A stretch of DNA of 64,000 nucleotides from NCBI GenBank assembly GCA_963704035.1, contig CAVPGR010000004.1, positions 1,439,138-1,503,137 on the forward strand, given 5' to 3'. A program made the translations under genes and the position numbers. The notes under the pieces were generated by a model. It did no database searches and was not told the origin of the DNA. It saw only the letters and a list, made by a program, of their open reading frames with translations. Of the stretch, positions 52,834 to 63,272 are shown piece by piece; the stretch's first letter is position 1; each line of letters begins with the position of its first letter. Source of the stretch: an uncultured Actinomycetes bacterium. GTDB lineage: Bacteria; Actinomycetota; Acidimicrobiia; IMCC26256; JAOSJL01.

Positions 52834-55008
52834 GTGACGAACCCCGCCTCGCCGCCGCCTCTCGACGAGGGCGCGGGCGCCGCTTCATCGGATCCGTCGG
52901 CATCGGAGCGCCCGCCGTTGCTTCCCGATGCCGCCGGCAGGTTCGGCAATCCGGGCGCCGATGGCGAACGGCGCTACCTGAACCGCGAGCTCTCGTGGCT
53001 CGACTTCAACGCCCGAGTCCTGGCGCTGGCCGAAGATCCGGGGCGGCCGCTGCTCGAGCGGGCGAAGTTTCTGGCGATCTTCTCGTCGAATCTCGACGAG
53101 TTCTTTCAGGTCCGAGTCTCGGCGTTGCGAGCACAACTGCTCGCCGGCATGTCCGAGCCGGGCTCCGACGGTCTCGAACCTCTCGAACAACTCCGTGCGA
53201 TCTCATCCGCGGCTCGTGAGCTCGTGACGCGCCAGGCGTCGGTCTTCACCGAGGACGTGGCGCCCGCGTTCGCCGAGGAGGGGATCGAACTCGTCGACTG
53301 GTCCGATCTCGGAATCGACGATCAGAAGCAGCTTGTCGAGATCTTCGAGGAGCGCGTGTTCCCGGTTCTGACTCCTCTTGCCGTCGACCCTGCGCACCCC
53401 TTCCCCTATATCTCCAACCTGTCGCTCAACCTGGCCGTCATCGTCCGCGATCCTGTCGATGGCGATCGGCGCTTCGCCCGGGTGAAGGTGCCACCGATCC
53501 TGCCGCGGTTCGTCACGCTTCCCGACAACTTGCGTTTCCTCCCGCTCGAACAGCTCATCGCTGCGCGCGCCGACGCACTGTTCCCGGGCATGGAGGTGCT
53601 CGCGCACCATGCTTTCCGAGTCACCCGCGACACGGACTACGAATTGGGTGACGAGTCGGCCGACCTCCTCGAGGCGATGGAGACCGTTCTGCGGGAACGC
53701 ACGAAGTTCGGACGCGTCGTGCGCCTGGAAGTCGGCGCCGACATGTCCGACGGGGTCCTCGACCTGCTCATCCGCGAGCTTCAGGTTGCCCGAGAAGACG
53801 TGTACACCATCGACGCCCCTCTCGATCTGTCCGGGCTGTGGTCGGTCTACGCCCTGAATCGCCCGGAGTTGAAAGATCCGGAATGGACGCCGCAGACCCA
53901 GCCGGCGCTCGGACGCCCCGATGCCCCCACCGACTTCTTCCGTCTGATGCGCGACGGCGACATCATGGTCCACCACCCGTACGACTCGTTCGCCACATCG
54001 GTCGAGGCGTTCATCGGGCAGGCAGCCCGCGATCCCGACGTCCTCGCAATCAAGCAGACCATCTACCGCACCTCCGGTGAGGAGAGCGGCATCGTGGCGT
54101 CACTCGTGAAGGCCGCCGAGGCCGGCAAGCAGGTCGTGGCGCTCGTCGAGCTCAAGGCGCGCTTCGACGAGCAGGCGAACATCGAACGGGCACAAGTACT
54201 CGAGGAGGCCGGGGTCCACGTCGTGTACGGACTCGTGGGGCTGAAGACCCACTGCAAGACCATGCTCGTCGTGCGTCAGGAGTCCGACGGCATCCGCCGC
54301 TACTGCCATGTCGGGACGGGTAACTACAACCCCAAGACAGCCGGTTTGTACGAGGACATCGGGATCCTCACCGCCGACGAGGAGATCGGCTCCGATTTGA
54401 GCCAGCTGTTCAACCACCTGACCGGCTACAGCCACCAGGTCCAGTACCGCAAGATCCTGGTGGCACCCGACACGATGAAGCCGGGCCTCCTCGCACGCAT
54501 CCAGGACGAGGCCGCGCGCGCCGATGGGCACATCACGTTCAAGATGAATGCGCTTCTCGATCCCGAGATCATCGATGCTCTGTACGAGGCGTCAGACGCT
54601 GGATGCCGCATCGACCTGATCGTGCGCGGGATCTGCTCGCTGCGTCCCGGCGTGTCCGGGCTCTCCGAGAACATCAGGGTGCGCTCGATCCTCGGGCGCT
54701 ACCTCGAGCACTCCCGCATCTATCGCTTCGGTGCAGACCCTGCAACAGCCGAGTACATCATCGGGTCGGCCGACCTCATGCCGCGCAATCTGGATCGCCG
54801 CGTCGAGGCCCTTGTTCCTGTGAGCGACGCCAACCTTCGAGGCCGCCTCGCGGAGGTGCTCGAGATCAATCTGTCCGACGGCGAGCTGGCGTGGGAGCTC
54901 GGACCCGACGACGTCTGGCGACGAGTGGAGCGGCGACCCGGCACGGAAACCCACACAGCGCTCGAAGAGCTGGCGCTCGCTCGAAGTCGTGTCGACGCAC
55001 GAACCTGA
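52834..55008 (+). CDS. ppk1: Polyphosphate kinase 1
   Basis: NRELSWLDFNARVL, HHPYDSF, KARFDE, LKTHCK, GTGNYN, LEHSR, SADLMPRNLDRRVE. Confidence 0.97.
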   Translation: MTNPASPPPLDEGAGAASSDPSASERPPLLPDAAGRFGNPGADGERRYLNRELSWLDFNARVLALAEDPGRPLLERAKFLAIFSSNLDEFFQVRVSALRAQLLAGMSEPGSDGLEPLEQLRAISSAARELVTRQASVFTEDVAPAFAEEGIELVDWSDLGIDDQKQLVEIFEERVFPVLTPLAVDPAHPFPYISNLSLNLAVIVRDPVDGDRRFARVKVPPILPRFVTLPDNLRFLPLEQLIAARADALFPGMEVLAHHAFRVTRDTDYELGDESADLLEAMETVLRERTKFGRVVRLEVGADMSDGVLDLLIRELQVAREDVYTIDAPLDLSGLWSVYALNRPELKDPEWTPQTQPALGRPDAPTDFFRLMRDGDIMVHHPYDSFATSVEAFIGQAARDPDVLAIKQTIYRTSGEESGIVASLVKAAEAGKQVVALVELKARFDEQANIERAQVLEEAGVHVVYGLVGLKTHCKTMLVVRQESDGIRRYCHVGTGNYNPKTAGLYEDIGILTADEEIGSDLSQLFNHLTGYSHQVQYRKILVAPDTMKPGLLARIQDEAARADGHITFKMNALLDPEIIDALYEASDAGCRIDLIVRGICSLRPGVSGLSENIRVRSILGRYLEHSRIYRFGADPATAEYIIGSADLMPRNLDRRVEALVPVSDANLRGRLAEVLEINLSDGELAWELGPDDVWRRVERRPGTETHTALEELALARSRVDART

Positions 55009-56506
55009 CCATTCCGAGGCGGCTGTGAAGCTGGCGCTGGCGCCCGGCTTCCACCTTCCCGACTTGAGCGACGTGGTTCAAGGTGTCGTGGTGTCGTCGC
55101 ACGAACCCACCGATCGTTCGACGTCGTATGTCGACACCGGCGACCTCCGACTCATCCGCGCCGGTGCCCTTCTGCGCCACGTCAGCGACGAGGGGTGGAT
55201 CGTGGAACTGCCGACGGGTCCGGACGACCCCGGTGGTCGGGAGGAGCCACGAACCGTGTTGCGCATCGAGGGATCAGCGGGATCGCCGCCGCCCGCCGCG
55301 GTCGATCTCGTCCGAGCATTCGCGCGAAGGGCGCCTCTTGTGCGCGTCGCCCGGATCCGAACCTCCAGTCGACGCGTTGGCTTGCTCGACGAAGACCACG
55401 AAGTCCTCACCGAGATCGTCGACGACGAGGTCTCCGTGTTCGACGGACGGCGGATCGCGCTGAGATTCCGCGAAGCGACCGTGACACCCGTGGCACGCGG
55501 CGCCACCGATCTGGCCACGATGGTCGCCGAGAGGTTGCGCCTCGCAGGTGCCGGACGTGGAGATACGAGGCCGGAGGTCGTGCGCGTTCTCGGGCCCCGC
55601 GCGGGGGAGCCCCTCCCGGAGCGCCCCGACCCCGAGATCGGGGCCGACGCGTCGACACGCGACGTCGTGGCGAATACTCTCGCCGTCTCCGTCGAGCGAC
55701 TCGTTCTCCACGACCCGTGGGTCCGGATCGGACGTGGCCCCGAAGACGTCCATCAGGCGCGTGTCGCCGTGCGGCGACTCCGGTCGGATCTGCGGACCTT
55801 CCGGTCGATTCTCGACGAGCCATGGCAGACGGAACTGCGTGCCGAGCTGCGGTGGGTGGGTGCCGAACTGGGTGCGGTACGTGACATCGAGGTTCTCCGG
55901 GAGCGCCTCGGGCGTCGTGTCGCCTCTCTCCCCGCGCGCGAGGCTCTGCCGGGCCGCCACATCCTCGACGATCTCGACGCGCGCCACCGCGACGCGCGCG
56001 CCGATCTGCTCGCAGCGATGCGCTCCGAGCGCTACGTGCTGCTCCTGGACCGCCTGGTCGACGCGGCCCGGGAGCCCCGCGTCGGCCCCGACGGCGACAC
56101 TCCGGCCGCCCATGTTCTCCCTACGCTCGTCTCCGGACCCTGGAAGCACCTGGCCGACACAGTGGCGTCTCTGGGCGATCATCCGGCTGATGAGGCACTC
56201 CACGAGGTTCGGATACGCGCCAAACGGGCCCGCTACGCCGCCGAGGCCGTGGCGCCCGCAGCGCCCAAGCGCGCCCGGTCCTTCGCTCGAGCCGCTACAC
56301 GCGTCCAGGACGTGCTGGGTGAGCATCAGGACGCCTGCACCGCAGGGCGGTGGTTGCGCAACGTGGCACGCGACGCGCCCGAACCCGTGGTCTTCGCCGC
56401 GGGAATGCTCGCCGAGAAGGAGCGCCGTGCGGCCAATGCCGCCCGGAAGAGGTTTCCCAAGGCGTGGCGCAGACTCAACGCCAAGAAGCTCCGGTCCTGG
56501 ATGTGA
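54989..56506 (+). CDS. CYTH plus CHAD domain protein (polyphosphate-binding)
   Basis: VHQARVAVRRLRS, LGAVRD, LHEVRIRAKRARY, QDVLGEHQD. Confidence 0.92.
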   Translation: MSTHEPDHSEAAVKLALAPGFHLPDLSDVVQGVVVSSHEPTDRSTSYVDTGDLRLIRAGALLRHVSDEGWIVELPTGPDDPGGREEPRTVLRIEGSAGSPPPAAVDLVRAFARRAPLVRVARIRTSSRRVGLLDEDHEVLTEIVDDEVSVFDGRRIALRFREATVTPVARGATDLATMVAERLRLAGAGRGDTRPEVVRVLGPRAGEPLPERPDPEIGADASTRDVVANTLAVSVERLVLHDPWVRIGRGPEDVHQARVAVRRLRSDLRTFRSILDEPWQTELRAELRWVGAELGAVRDIEVLRERLGRRVASLPAREALPGRHILDDLDARHRDARADLLAAMRSERYVLLLDRLVDAAREPRVGPDGDTPAAHVLPTLVSGPWKHLADTVASLGDHPADEALHEVRIRAKRARYAAEAVAPAAPKRARSFARAATRVQDVLGEHQDACTAGRWLRNVARDAPEPVVFAAGMLAEKERRAANAARKRFPKAWRRLNAKKLRSWM

Positions 56507-56967
56507 GCAGCGCGCGACGCATCCGGAAGGATGGCACCGGGAAGGATGGCAGCGGGAAGGATGACGTGGTGCGCGCTGCCGGAGGGATCCTGTGGCGCCG
56601 ACGCGACGACGGGACGCTCGACGTGATGATCGTTCACCGGCCTCGGTATGACGACTGGAGTTTCCCGAAGGGCAAACTGGACCCCGGTGAATCGGACGAA
56701 ACGGCGGCGGTGCGCGAAGTCGAGGAAGAGACGGGACATCGCTGCCGCCTGGGTGAGGAACTGGGCATGGTCCGCTACAGCGATCGCCGCGGGCGACCAA
56801 AGCATGTCCGATACTGGGCGATGACGTCGGTGGATCCCTTCTCCGATGGCGTTGCGGCTGCCGACGACGAGGAGGTCGACATGTCGCGCTGGGTGGACCT
56901 CGACGAGGCTCGAGAGTTCTTGTCGTACGACCGGGACCGCCAGCTCCTCGATCGGCTGGATCGATGA
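56503..56967 (+). CDS. NUDIX hydrolase (like the MutT1 N-terminal domain)
   Basis: HRPRYDDWSFPKGKLDPGE...AAVREVEEETG. Confidence 0.93.
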   Translation: MSSARRIRKDGTGKDGSGKDDVVRAAGGILWRRRDDGTLDVMIVHRPRYDDWSFPKGKLDPGESDETAAVREVEEETGHRCRLGEELGMVRYSDRRGRPKHVRYWAMTSVDPFSDGVAAADDEEVDMSRWVDLDEAREFLSYDRDRQLLDRLDR

Positions 56968-57428
56968 CGATTCACCTCCTGAGGCATGCGAAGGCGGGGA
57001 GTCGTCGTCACCACGTCGGACCGGATGTCCAGCGCGAGCTCACGAAGGCCGGCTGGCGACAGGCGCACGCGATCGCCGAGGAGTTCGAGGCGATTCCTGT
57101 GGACCGGATCATCTCGAGTGAGTACGTGCGGTGTCGTGAAACGGTCACGCCGCTTGCGCACCGCCGTCGGCTCCCTGTCGACCTCGACGACGCCTTGGCC
57201 GAGGGAGCGTCCTGGACGGCTCTCTCGGGGCTTCTGCGGAAACTGGGAGGAACCGATGTCGTTCTGTGCACGCACGGCGATGTCATCGGCAACGCGCTGG
57301 AGAACCTCGTGGCCGAAGGCGTCATTCTCGAAGACGACCTCGTCTTTCCGAAGGGGAGTGTGTGGGTCTTCGAGACCGTCGAGGGGGACATCGTGTCGGG
57401 GCATCACATCCCCGCTCCCTCGTCGTGA
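56964..57428 (+). CDS. Histidine phosphatase family protein (SixA / MutT1 C-terminal-like)
   Basis: LLRHAKAG, SSEYVRCRET, CTHGDVI, KGSVW. Confidence 0.9.
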   Translation: MTIHLLRHAKAGSRRHHVGPDVQRELTKAGWRQAHAIAEEFEAIPVDRIISSEYVRCRETVTPLAHRRRLPVDLDDALAEGASWTALSGLLRKLGGTDVVLCTHGDVIGNALENLVAEGVILEDDLVFPKGSVWVFETVEGDIVSGHHIPAPSS

Positions 57429-57544
57429 GCGCTCTTCGCACGTGGCCCTTTCCCGGTAACAGCTGCACCACGGTTCGGTCGGCGGCTACAGCAGGCGTGA
57501 TCGGGGGCCGATACCTTGGGCGGTAGGACGTTCAAGGGGTGACG

Positions 57545-58210
57545 ATGCGTATCTCGGATCTGCTCGGCGACGAGCCCGACGACGAGTCGGGTGACGAGAA
57601 CGGTGGTGGGCGCGAAGTGGCGCATCCCGACGGCTCGCCCGAAGACGCCGCGAGCGACACGGGCGCGTCCGACGGCCGTTCCCTGACGGAGATTCTCGAG
57701 GAGGCCGCGGGAGCGGCTGCCGCCAGTGAGACTCCCGAGCCTTCGGTCCCGGAGCCCGCGACCGAGCCCGAGACGATCTCGACGCCCGCGACGTCTCCGG
57801 CGCCTCCGACGACTCCCGCGCCTCCGGCGCCCGTCGCGTCACCGGCTCCCGCTCCGGTGCAGGAGCCGATCGGGGCTGAGATCCTCACCCGGCCGATCGA
57901 GCCGTCCGACGACGACCTGCTCCCCGTGGGAGGGCGTCCGAAGACCTCCCGTGTCAAGAAGGAACGCAAGAAGTCGGGTGCCGGAAGCGCTCCCGTGGGA
58001 CGCGAGGATGATTCCGCTCCGGCGTCTCCTGATCAGGTAGCGCCAGCGGAACCCAGTCCCGAGGAGGTCGAGTCCTCCTCGCCTGCTCCCGACTCCGACA
58101 TACCGTCCACGCCGCGCAAAGCGCGGCGTGCGGAGCAGAGGTCCGGCGGAGGGAGCGACAAGACTCCGTGGTACAAGAAGGAGATCAAGCTCGGGAAGAA
58201 GAAGAGCTGA
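57545..58210 (+). CDS. Low-complexity Pro/Ala/Glu-rich hypothetical protein
   Basis: ORF 57539..58210 fills the gap; MRISDLL start; basic tail WYKKEIKLGKKKS. Confidence 0.65.
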   Translation: MRISDLLGDEPDDESGDENGGGREVAHPDGSPEDAASDTGASDGRSLTEILEEAAGAAAASETPEPSVPEPATEPETISTPATSPAPPTTPAPPAPVASPAPAPVQEPIGAEILTRPIEPSDDDLLPVGGRPKTSRVKKERKKSGAGSAPVGREDDSAPASPDQVAPAEPSPEEVESSSPAPDSDIPSTPRKARRAEQRSGGGSDKTPWYKKEIKLGKKKS

Positions 58211-58222
58211 CCGGGCCTCCTG

Positions 58223-58915
58223 CTACTCCTGTTCGTAGCGATAGCCCACGCCGCGGACTGTCACGATCCGCTGCGGAGTCGATGGGTCGTCCTCGATCTT
58301 TGCGCGCACACGCTTCACGTGAACGTCGAGGGTCTTGGTGTCGCCGAAGTAGTTCGGTCCCCAGATCCGGTCGATCAGCACGTCGCGGGTGAGGACCCGG
58401 CCGGCGTTCGCCAACAACAGCGCCAACAGCTCGAACTCCTTGAGAGGCATCGAGACCAGGTGGCCGTCGACGCGTACCTCGTGGCGCGAGAGATCGAGCG
58501 CGACCGGACCGACCTCCAGGACGTCCGAATCGGACTCGCCCGGCTCGGAATGCCGTCGTAGCGACGCACGGATTCTCGCGATCAGCTCACGAAGGCGGTA
58601 CGGCTTGGCGACGTAGTCGTCGGCGCCCACCTCGAGGCCCACGACAGCGTCGATTTCGGCGCTGCGAGCGGTCACCATGATGATCGGTACCTGGGAGTGG
58701 GTCCGGATCTCGCGGCACACGTCGATGCCGGACATCTCGGGCAGCATGACGTCGAGGAGCACCACGTCGGGAGGGTTCTTCTCGAAACGTTCGAGAGCCT
58801 CGCGCCCGTCGGCCGCCATGTCGACGGTGAAGCCCTCCCTCTCGAGCCCGACCGACAGTGCGTCCCGGTACGACTGTTCGTCGTCGACGACCAGAACGAC
58901 GGGTCCCGAGACCAT
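58223..58915 (-). CDS. regX3: RegX3/PhoP-like response regulator
   Basis: VVGLEVGADDYVAKPY, MPLKEFELL, YFGDTKTLDVHVKRVRAKIE. Confidence 0.9.
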   Translation of the reverse strand: MVSGPVVLVVDDEQSYRDALSVGLEREGFTVDMAADGREALERFEKNPPDVVLLDVMLPEMSGIDVCREIRTHSQVPIIMVTARSAEIDAVVGLEVGADDYVAKPYRLRELIARIRASLRRHSEPGESDSDVLEVGPVALDLSRHEVRVDGHLVSMPLKEFELLALLLANAGRVLTRDVLIDRIWGPNYFGDTKTLDVHVKRVRAKIEDDPSTPQRIVTVRGVGYRYEQE

Positions 58916-60159
58916 CAGGAGGCCTCGAACAGTCTGCGGCGCTGAGCACCCGGGAACCACAGGGTGAAGACCGAGCCCTCTCCCTCGGTGGATTCGACCT
59001 CGACATCCCCGCCGTGAACCTGTGCGATGTGTCGGACGATCGCCAGACCGAGGCCCGTCCCGCCTGTCTGGCGGCTGCGTGCCTCGTCGACCCGGTAGAA
59101 GCGCTCGAAGATTCTCTGGCGGTCGCCCACCGGGATCCCGATTCCGTGGTCCCGCACCACGACCCCGACGCTTCCGTCGCGACGAGTCACCGTGCCGAGC
59201 TCCACCGGTTGACCGGGCTCTGAGTACTTGACGGCGTTGTCCACCAGGTTCACGACCGCACTCAGGAGCTGGCGTCGGTCGCCGACCACTGCCGCGCCCT
59301 GGGCCGAGTTGCTGATGCGGATCGGAATATCGCGCGCCTCGGCAGACTCCTCCATGCGTTCAGACGCTTCCGCGAGGAGAGCACTGAGCGCCACCGATTC
59401 GCGCACCGGCGTCTCCTGCGCCTCGATGATCGTGAGGTCGAGAAGATCGTCGATCGTGTGGCCGAGTCGGTCCGCTTCGCGGACCATCCGAGCGGCGAGC
59501 TGTCGCGTGACGTCGTCGACGTCGCCGTCGAGAACTGTTTCAGCGAGAAGTCCGAGGGCGCCGATGGGTGTCTTCAACTCGTGGCTCACATTGGCGACGA
59601 AGTCACGCCGCACACTCTCCAGGCGCCGCGATTCCGAGACGTCGCTGACGAAGGCTGCGGCACCGATGACCGAGAGACGGTCGGTGAGAGGGAATGTCAT
59701 GACACGGATGACCTGCCGGGGTGGCCCGAACATCTGGAGTTCCCGCTCGACCGCCTCGCCCTCCAGCGCCCGCTCCAACAGCTCGGTCACCACCTCGTCC
59801 ACACTGGCCTCCGCATGGTGGATGCCGGCCAGGTGCACCGCCTCGGCGTTCCGGAGGACGGTCCGCCCTGCGGCGTCGATGACGACGATGCCCGAGTCGT
59901 GTTCGCGCATCGTCAGTGCCAGGCGGTTGAGTTCCGACTCGAGGTCGACCCGCCGGTCACGCTCGACCGAGGCAAGGTCCTCGAGCTCCTCGAGGGCGCG
60001 GGAGACCGAGGTTGCACCTCCAGGCGAGCGCGTCTCACCGAACAGCCGCGTCACCCCCACGAGGCGGTGGCGGATGCGGCGGAACTCCCACGCGAGGCCA
60101 CCGAGCGCGATCAGCAGAACGACGACCACGACGGCAAGAACAAGGGTCACGGCATCCAT
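58915..60159 (-). CDS. senX3: SenX3/PhoR-like sensor histidine kinase
   Basis: VRRDFVANVSHELKTPIGAL, NAVKYS, FERFYRVD, GGTGLGL. Confidence 0.9.
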   Translation of the reverse strand: MDAVTLVLAVVVVVLLIALGGLAWEFRRIRHRLVGVTRLFGETRSPGGATSVSRALEELEDLASVERDRRVDLESELNRLALTMREHDSGIVVIDAAGRTVLRNAEAVHLAGIHHAEASVDEVVTELLERALEGEAVERELQMFGPPRQVIRVMTFPLTDRLSVIGAAAFVSDVSESRRLESVRRDFVANVSHELKTPIGALGLLAETVLDGDVDDVTRQLAARMVREADRLGHTIDDLLDLTIIEAQETPVRESVALSALLAEASERMEESAEARDIPIRISNSAQGAAVVGDRRQLLSAVVNLVDNAVKYSEPGQPVELGTVTRRDGSVGVVVRDHGIGIPVGDRQRIFERFYRVDEARSRQTGGTGLGLAIVRHIAQVHGGDVEVESTEGEGSVFTLWFPGAQRRRLFEAS

Positions 60160-60198
60160 TGTGCCCCGATCTCCATGCAGCCGACGACGCCGGCGGAA

Positions 60199-61029
60199 TC
60201 AGCCGAACGTGCCGTTGACGTATCCCTCGGTACGGGGGTCGACGGGACGGTTGAAGATCACATCCGTCCGGTCGACCTCGACGAGACGTCCGACACGGTT
60301 GCCCACCTCGTCGAGTTCGACCGTCATGAACGCCGTGGCGTCCGAAACCCGCGCTGCCTGCTGCATGTTGTGGGTGACGATCACGATCGTGTAGTCGGCC
60401 GCGAGCTCACGCATCAGGGTCTCGATGTGGGTCGTAGCGAGCGGATCCAATGCCGAACACGGCTCGTCCATGAGCAGCACGTCGGGTTCCACGGCGAGGC
60501 AGCGGGCGATGCACAGGCGCTGCTGCTGGCCACCCGAGAGCGCGAACGCCGACTTGTCGAGGCTGTCTCCGACCTCGTCCCACAGCGCAGCACGCACGAG
60601 AGCATGGTGAACGATGTCCTCGAGGCCTTTGCGCACACCGTTGACGCGGGGCCCGAAGGCCACGTTGTCGAAGATCGACTTGGGGAAGGGGTTCGGCTTC
60701 TGGAACACCATCCCGATCCGGCGCCGCACTTCGACGGGGTCGACGTCGCCGCCGTAGAGATCCTGGTCGTGGTACCGCACCACTCCTGACACCTTCGCAC
60801 CCGGAATGAGATCGTTCATCCGGTTCAGTGACCGCAGGAGTGTGCTCTTCCCACAACCCGACGGGCCGATGAGCGCTGTGATGCGCTGACGGGGCACCGA
60901 GAGCCGGACGTCGCGCACGGCCGGCACGCCGTCGTAGGTGACCACTAGGCCCTCGATGTCGAACACGGAGTCGGTCAGGACGTCGATGTCGCGCGTGGGA
61001 ACGTTGGGGCGGACGGCGAGCTCGGTCAC
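60199..61029 (-). CDS. pstB: Phosphate ABC transporter ATP-binding protein
   Basis: [58 protein letters not shown]; GAGGAG RBS before GTG 61029. Confidence 0.96.
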   Translation of the reverse strand: MTELAVRPNVPTRDIDVLTDSVFDIEGLVVTYDGVPAVRDVRLSVPRQRITALIGPSGCGKSTLLRSLNRMNDLIPGAKVSGVVRYHDQDLYGGDVDPVEVRRRIGMVFQKPNPFPKSIFDNVAFGPRVNGVRKGLEDIVHHALVRAALWDEVGDSLDKSAFALSGGQQQRLCIARCLAVEPDVLLMDEPCSALDPLATTHIETLMRELAADYTIVIVTHNMQQAARVSDATAFMTVELDEVGNRVGRLVEVDRTDVIFNRPVDPRTEGYVNGTFG

Positions 61030-61113
61030 GCGGGACTCCTCGGTGCGGTCAGCCGGACGGGGTATCTCACCGGCGAAGCGTAGGAAAGGGGTCTGGACCC
61101 GTTCTGGCGGGGC

Positions 61114-61142
61114 GGTGACACGAAGGTGAACAACGGGTGAAC
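61114..61142 (-). promoter_or_regulatory. PHO box (three 11-nt direct repeats) upstream of pstB-senX3-regX3
   Basis: Minus strand GTTCACC-N4-GTTCACC-N4-TGTCACC, matching the Streptomyces PhoP repeat GTTCACC. Confidence 0.8.
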
Positions 61143-61241
61143 ACCTCCCGGGCCCGACGCGGCCGAGACCCGCTCGGACCACGTACCCGTTTACGCTGGC
61201 CGCACCCGGCCCCCGCCCGATACCGCCGCTCCAAGGCTCGC

Positions 61242-62387
61242 GTGCCACCCGACGACTCCACCCTCCAGGCGACCGAGCAGCGACACCGCACGTGGCCGCG
61301 CGCGTTGCTCGTTCTCGGGCTTCTCTACCTCTTCCTCGTCGGCGTGTCGACGATCGAGGGCGGTATCAACGCCCTGGGGGCCGAGACCCAGGCGAAGCTC
61401 TTCCAGAACGTCACGAATCCTCTCGCCGGCTTGTTCGTGGGAATCCTGGGTACCGTTCTCGTGCAGTCGTCGTCGGTGTCGACCTCCACCATCGTCGGCC
61501 TCGTCGCTACGGGCGTGCTGCCTGTCGACACGGCCGTGCCGATGGTGATGGGCGCCAATATCGGCACGACGGTCACGAACACGCTGGCGTCGCTCGGCCA
61601 TGTGCGTCGGACCGAGGAGTTCCGCCGCGCGTTCGCCGCCGCGACGGTGCACGACATGTTCAACGTGCTGGCCGTGGCCGTCCTGCTTCCCTTGGAGTTG
61701 GCGACCGGGTTCCTCGCCTCCACCGCCTCGTGGTTGGCGGACCTGATCGCCGGATCGCGGGGGGCGAAGTTCGACAGCCCGATCAATCAGGCGGTAAAGG
61801 AGCCGGTCGGCTGGATCGAGGACATCCTCGCGTCGCTGGGCCTGCACGGCAACGTGCTCGGGGCGGTCACGGTCCTCGTCGGGCTCGCCCTCATCTTCGT
61901 CGCCTTGTTCTTCATCGCGCGCAACATGCGCGAACTCGTGGCCGAACGGGTGGAGCGATCGTTCAACCGGCTTCTCGGGCATTCCAGCGGCATCATTGCG
62001 ATGACACTCGGACTCGTCGTGACCATGACGGTGCAGTCGTCGAGCATCACCACGTCGATCCTGATTCCCCTGGCGGCGTCGGGGATTCTGACGCTCGAGA
62101 ACGCCTATCCCGTCACGCTCGGTGCGAACGTGGGGACCACGATCACGGCACTCCTGGCCGCATTGGCCACGGACAGCCCTGAGGCGCTGACGATCGCGCT
62201 CGTCCACACCTTGTTCAACGTCTCGGCGATCATTCTGTTCTACCCGGTGCCGTTCCTCCGCGAAATTCCCATGCGCCTGGCCCGGGGGCTGGCGAACCTC
62301 GCCGTGACGAACCGGGTCGCCGTGGTTGCCTACGTCGGCGGCCTGTTCCTTGTCGTGCCACTTGTTGGCATACTGATCCTCAAGTAA
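61242..62387 (+). CDS. Na+/Pi cotransporter (NptA/SLC34 family), membrane domain only
   Basis: Two QSSS repeats with GANIGTT and GANVGTT. Confidence 0.92.
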   Translation: MPPDDSTLQATEQRHRTWPRALLVLGLLYLFLVGVSTIEGGINALGAETQAKLFQNVTNPLAGLFVGILGTVLVQSSSVSTSTIVGLVATGVLPVDTAVPMVMGANIGTTVTNTLASLGHVRRTEEFRRAFAAATVHDMFNVLAVAVLLPLELATGFLASTASWLADLIAGSRGAKFDSPINQAVKEPVGWIEDILASLGLHGNVLGAVTVLVGLALIFVALFFIARNMRELVAERVERSFNRLLGHSSGIIAMTLGLVVTMTVQSSSITTSILIPLAASGILTLENAYPVTLGANVGTTITALLAALATDSPEALTIALVHTLFNVSAIILFYPVPFLREIPMRLARGLANLAVTNRVAVVAYVGGLFLVVPLVGILILK

Positions 62388-62409
62388 GGAGAACACGGGT
62401 GAGCGAAAC

Positions 62410-63084
62410 ATGGTGATGGAGTTCTTCCGCAAGTCCGACAGTGGCGGGCTGGAGCGGATCGAACAGCAGATCATCCGCATGCTCGTCGACACGCGCCACG
62501 AGTTCGACGAGGCGATGAGCTCTCTCGTGGGCGGCGCGGACCCCACGGTTCTCGGTCCCGACATCCGGGTCACCGACGGGCGTATCAACGCCTCCGAGCG
62601 GGAGATCCGTCGTGAGCTCGTCGTTCACGCGAGCGTGCAGGGCGCTGAAGACGTCTCCACGATCCTCGCCTACATGATCGTGATCAAGAAGATCGAACGC
62701 ATCGGCGACAACGCCAAGAACATCTTCGACCTCGCGGCCGAGGGGGTCCGCCTCGAGGACGCGCCCGACATCGACGCACACATCCGGTTCCGTGACCGAC
62801 TTTCGGAGATGATCGCCGCGACGGCCGAGATCTTCGGAGCGCGAGATCAGGACAGGGCAGCCGAGTTCATCGCGAACGGAGACGAGCTCCGCAAGGAGTT
62901 GGACCAACTGGTCGTGGAGCTCATCCATTCGGACGCGCCGGCCTCCGAGGCCGTCCCACGCGCACTCTTGTACCGCTACATGAAGCGCATCGCGGCCAAT
63001 CTGCTCGGTGTGGTGTCGTCGGTGATCATGCCCGTCGACCAGATCGACTACTTCGATTCGAAGGATCCGCACGGCGCCGGTTGA
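62410..63084 (+). CDS. PhoU-domain protein
   Basis: IERIGDNAKNI and a second helical repeat MKRIAAN. Confidence 0.88.
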   Translation: MVMEFFRKSDSGGLERIEQQIIRMLVDTRHEFDEAMSSLVGGADPTVLGPDIRVTDGRINASEREIRRELVVHASVQGAEDVSTILAYMIVIKKIERIGDNAKNIFDLAAEGVRLEDAPDIDAHIRFRDRLSEMIAATAEIFGARDQDRAAEFIANGDELRKELDQLVVELIHSDAPASEAVPRALLYRYMKRIAANLLGVVSSVIMPVDQIDYFDSKDPHGAG

Positions 63085-63145
63085 GCCCCGCCGCCGCCGG
63101 TACCTCTCGCCGACAGCACCCTCGCGAGGGAGATCGTTGCCCGAC

Positions 63146-63167
63146 GTTCACTCCCGGTTCACCGTCC
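63146..63167 (+). promoter_or_regulatory. PHO box upstream of pstS
   Basis: GTTCACTCCCG GTTCACCGTCC, 11-nt period. Confidence 0.8.
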
Positions 63168-63272
63168 GGCGACCGGCGCGTCAGGTCTCGTCCGTAACGT
63201 CATCGTCGTCCGGGGCCCGTTGCCCCGGTGGTCCGGCACCGTGCCGGACTTCCTACGAAAGGACGATGACGC

